Notes under the pieces: model-generated | Database searches by the model: none | What the model was told of the DNA's origin: nothing | Seen by the model: the letters and a program-made list of their open reading frames with translations, nothing else | Program-made: the position numbers and the translations under genes | Source of the DNA: Nitrospirota bacterium | GTDB taxonomy: Bacteria; Nitrospirota; JACRHJ01 | Assembly (NCBI GenBank): GCA_963845245.1 | Contig: CAWJRJ010000004.1 | Location: 1-18,629, forward strand | Length of the DNA: 18,629 nucleotides | Direction: 5' to 3' | Shown here: piece by piece, positions 16,271-18,629 of the stretch | Layout of the letters: every line of letters begins with the position of its first letter | Position numbering within the stretch: the first letter of the stretch is position 1

Positions 16271-16648
16271 ATGTTTGACATCAGGGTAAAACACGTGCTT
16301 GACGAGAAAGGTCCTTTAGACGGCTACAGGACGATGGTAGACAATAAAGTGCCGAGCGGCTATGACGAGCACAAGCTGCACATCGATATGTGGTCCAGGG
16401 ACGCCCTGCCGAGCAACAGGGCGCTTGAGATACTCCAGACTACAGGCAACTGGAATCTGTTTGAAGAAGTTTACTTCAAGGAGCTGGAAAAGGAGAAAGA
16501 CCTGCCCATCATGGCGATACTTGAGAAGGCAAAACATGGCACTGTGACGCTGCTTCACAACTCGGACAACAGCGAACGGAACAACGCCATGGCGATGCGG
16601 GATTACCTTATCAGCAAGGAGAAGGAGCTGTTCAAAGAGGCCGCCTGA
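16271..16648 (+). CDS. Divergent DUF488 (YeaO-like) family protein
   Basis: Collinear with the YeaO pattern: I.VK, DGYR.MVD, IDMW..D.LPS, F...Y..EL, TVTLL, NNA..M.DYL; SD GGAGG at 16259-16263; extended -10 TGaTATAAT at 16227-16235. Confidence 0.75.
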   Translation: MFDIRVKHVLDEKGPLDGYRTMVDNKVPSGYDEHKLHIDMWSRDALPSNRALEILQTTGNWNLFEEVYFKELEKEKDLPIMAILEKAKHGTVTLLHNSDNSERNNAMAMRDYLISKEKELFKEAA

Positions 16649-16671
16649 TCCACGCCGCAGATTCGTATTTG

Positions 16672-16700
16672 AAGCCGCACGTAGGTGCGGCTTTATTGTT
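16672..16700 (+). terminator. Rho-independent terminator
   Basis: AAGCCGCAC-GTAG-GTGCGGCTT followed by TATTGTT. Confidence 0.7.
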
Positions 16701-16718
16701 GCATTCACCCGAATATCT

Positions 16719-16747
16719 TTGACTTTGATATCACAGCTCACTATCAT
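16719..16747 (+). promoter_or_regulatory. Sigma70-type promoter with +1 very near ATG 16756
   Basis: TTGACT-17 bp-TATCAT. Confidence 0.65.
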
Positions 16748-16755
16748 ATTTTCAC

Positions 16756-17364
16756 ATGAAGATATCAGTTATCCTCGCACACCCCTCAAAGGGCAGCTTT
16801 AACCACGCTATAGCGGATATTGCCGCCAAGGTCTTGCAGGATGCCGGGCATGAGGTCTGCTACCACGACCTCTATGCAGATGGGTTCGACCCCATACTGT
16901 CTGCGGGAGAGATACCCAAGGGCGCAACGTTTGACCCTCTGGTGGGAACGCACTGCGCCGAGATCGCGTCCGCCGACGGCATAATCATCGTGCACCCGAA
17001 CTGGTGGGGCCAGCCGCCCGCGATACTAAAGGGCTGGGTGGACAGGGTGATCCGCCCCGGCGTGGCCTACGAGTTCATCGAGGGCGATACCGGCGAGGGC
17101 GTGCCGGTCGGCCTTCTGAAAGCAAAGTTCGCGCTCGTCTTCAATACCTCGAACACCGAGGCAAACCGTGAGCTCGAGGCCTTCGGCGACCCGCTTGAGA
17201 CCATTTGGAAGAACTGCATCTTCGGCCTGTGCGGCGTCAATAATTTCAGGCGAAGGATGTTCGGGGTGGTGGTCACGAGCAGCCTTGAGGAAAGGCAGGC
17301 GTGGCTGAGGGAGGTTGAATATATGCTCAACATTAGCTTTGATCCAGATGAAATCGGGTTATGA
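16756..17364 (+). CDS. Flavodoxin-fold NAD(P)H dehydrogenase (quinone), MdaB/KefF-like family
   Basis: ILAHP..GSFNHAI, DLYADGFDP, ADGIIIVHPNWWGQPPAILKGWVDRV, GLLK, FNTS. Confidence 0.9.
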   Translation: MKISVILAHPSKGSFNHAIADIAAKVLQDAGHEVCYHDLYADGFDPILSAGEIPKGATFDPLVGTHCAEIASADGIIIVHPNWWGQPPAILKGWVDRVIRPGVAYEFIEGDTGEGVPVGLLKAKFALVFNTSNTEANRELEAFGDPLETIWKNCIFGLCGVNNFRRRMFGVVVTSSLEERQAWLREVEYMLNISFDPDEIGL

Positions 17365-17371
17365 CATCCAG

Positions 17372-18418
17372 ATGAATACGCGTATTAAATTTATTGACAG
17401 CCTGCGAGGTATTGCAGCGATATGTGTGATGTCTCATCACTACCTGATTGCTGGTATACCTAATGTTATATTTGTGTCTGAAAGGTTTGACTTGGGGATA
17501 TTTGGCGTTTCTGTTTTTTTTATATGTAGCGGATTTGTTATTTCCGCGTCTATAGAGAAAAACGGAGACTTGAAAATTTTTTGGGTAAGGCGATTTTTTC
17601 GGATTTATCCGCTGTATTGGTTTAATATCGGTATATGGTTGTGTTTGATTTATATCCTGAGGCTGGGTAAATTTAACGACGTGTCTTTTGAAGCGCACCC
17701 GGTCAGCGCTGTCCTCGTAAACATGACATTACTACAGAAATTCTGGGGTGTTGATTACCTTGTGCCATTATACTGGACATTATCCATGGAGATAGTTTTC
17801 TATATTATCTTTTCTATATTGCACAAAATAGGTGTTCTCCGACAAACGGTATTAATCGCACTCTTTTTTCTTGGTGCAGGTATTATTGCAGATGGACTGA
17901 TCCCTATTTTTTACGGACCTCATAATATCAAGCTCTTTAGTTATCTTGGGATGATGTTCATGGGCATGGTATATTACAGGGCCTACACAGGCGATGTAAG
18001 CAGGAAGACAGTGAATTACCTGTTACTATTGGCGTGTGTCATGGAAATTATCACAAACTTGCGGTATGCTGCGGGTACGGAGAATGCGTTCGTTGGGGTT
18101 GGTATGTTGACCGCCCATGTCGGAGCCTATATTTTCTTTGCAGCAGCCCTCAGGACGCGTGGACAAAAACCTTCCGCGTTCATATCATATGTGGGTTTGA
18201 TCAGCTATTCTGTCTACTTAATGCATCTGGTGGTGTTATCGTTGATCCCAAAGATAGGAAACGGCTTGACGGCTATACCTATCTGGATAGCTTTATCTCT
18301 CGCGTTATCCTCGATTACATATTTTTGTATCGAGAGGCCTGGCATTAAACTTGGGCGTAAAATTACTTCCAGGTTATCAATGAAAGAAGCAGACGTATTA
18401 CCGGTAACTCTTAATTAA
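17372..18418 (+). CDS. Acyltransferase-3 family membrane O-acyltransferase (OafA-like), AT-rich
   Basis: IDSLRGIAA.CV..HH, GVSVFFICSGFVI, FW.RRFFRIYP, WTLSMEIVFY, GLISYSVYLMH, IERP; many TM segments; start could be 17348 or 17372. Confidence 0.9.
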   Translation: MNTRIKFIDSLRGIAAICVMSHHYLIAGIPNVIFVSERFDLGIFGVSVFFICSGFVISASIEKNGDLKIFWVRRFFRIYPLYWFNIGIWLCLIYILRLGKFNDVSFEAHPVSAVLVNMTLLQKFWGVDYLVPLYWTLSMEIVFYIIFSILHKIGVLRQTVLIALFFLGAGIIADGLIPIFYGPHNIKLFSYLGMMFMGMVYYRAYTGDVSRKTVNYLLLLACVMEIITNLRYAAGTENAFVGVGMLTAHVGAYIFFAAALRTRGQKPSAFISYVGLISYSVYLMHLVVLSLIPKIGNGLTAIPIWIALSLALSSITYFCIERPGIKLGRKITSRLSMKEADVLPVTLN

Positions 18419-18481
18419 CTCATTGGTGTTTTTTGTTTTAACAGCATACCTCATTACTCATTTAAAGCAAGCAGAGTTAGA

Positions 18482-18511
18482 TTGACTCCCCATACCTCCA
18501 TATAGTAAAAT
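18482..18511 (+). promoter_or_regulatory. Sigma70-type promoter for uvrB
   Basis: TTGACT-18 bp-TAAAAT; SD GGAG at about 18520. Confidence 0.55.
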
Positions 18512-18534
18512 TATCTTTTGGAGATCAAGCAGTC

Positions 18535-18629
18535 ATGCGCAAGTTCAAGCTGGTATCGGACTTCGTCCCGAAAGGCGACCAGCCCCAGGCGATCGAGGAG
18601 CTGACGGAAGGCGTAATACGGGGCGACAA
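18535..18629 (+). CDS. uvrB: Excinuclease ABC subunit B, N-terminal fragment running off the window; not in the ORF track
   Basis: [31 protein letters not shown] matches the UvrB N-terminal F.L.S.F.P.GDQP.AI..L motif. Confidence 0.92.
   Translation, partial: MRKFKLVSDFVPKGDQPQAIEELTEGVIRGD

Noticed and set aside
18427..18443. TGTT-N9-AACA upstream of uvrB as a third copy of the 11348/11401 operator
   Set aside because: Spacer is one base shorter and it lies in a T-rich tract; chance is likely.

Overview
Bacterial chromosomal window, moderately GC-rich with AT-rich intergenic regions. The short GroES and the gene content suggest an anaerobe or microaerophile, possibly Nitrospirota (inference). 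Left to right: the 3' part of an anaerobic cobalamin biosynthesis cluster (cbiET, cbiL, cbiF, cbiG, cbiH); a small basic peptide coupled to an APS-kinase-like gene; envC-like M23 and ctpA; CIRCE-controlled groES-groEL; a glutaredoxin, a 2[4Fe-4S] ferredoxin missing from the ORF track, trxA and an orphan CI/LexA-like S24 repressor; a secreted hypothetical protein; hcp on the minus strand; patatin; a divergent DUF488; a flavodoxin-fold NAD(P)H dehydrogenase; an AT-rich acyltransferase-3; and the start of uvrB. The most unusual structures are: (1) a roughly 375-bp tandem unit between cbiF and cbiG, made of two strongly diverged copies of a CPHC Zn-ribbon membrane gene, each followed by a near-identical copy of the cbiG 5' end; (2) a promoter, TTA-rich mini-ORF and terminator with paired TGTT-N10-AACA palindromes in front of the ferredoxin-trxA-repressor genes; (3) a long imperfect hairpin filling the cbiL-cbiF spacer; (4) a cbiG/cbiH junction lacking a good start codon; (5) a 24-bp promoter segment shared by two unrelated genes. 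Several single-base insertions in the first 3.3 kb could be sequencing or assembly errors, so results there need read-level confirmation.
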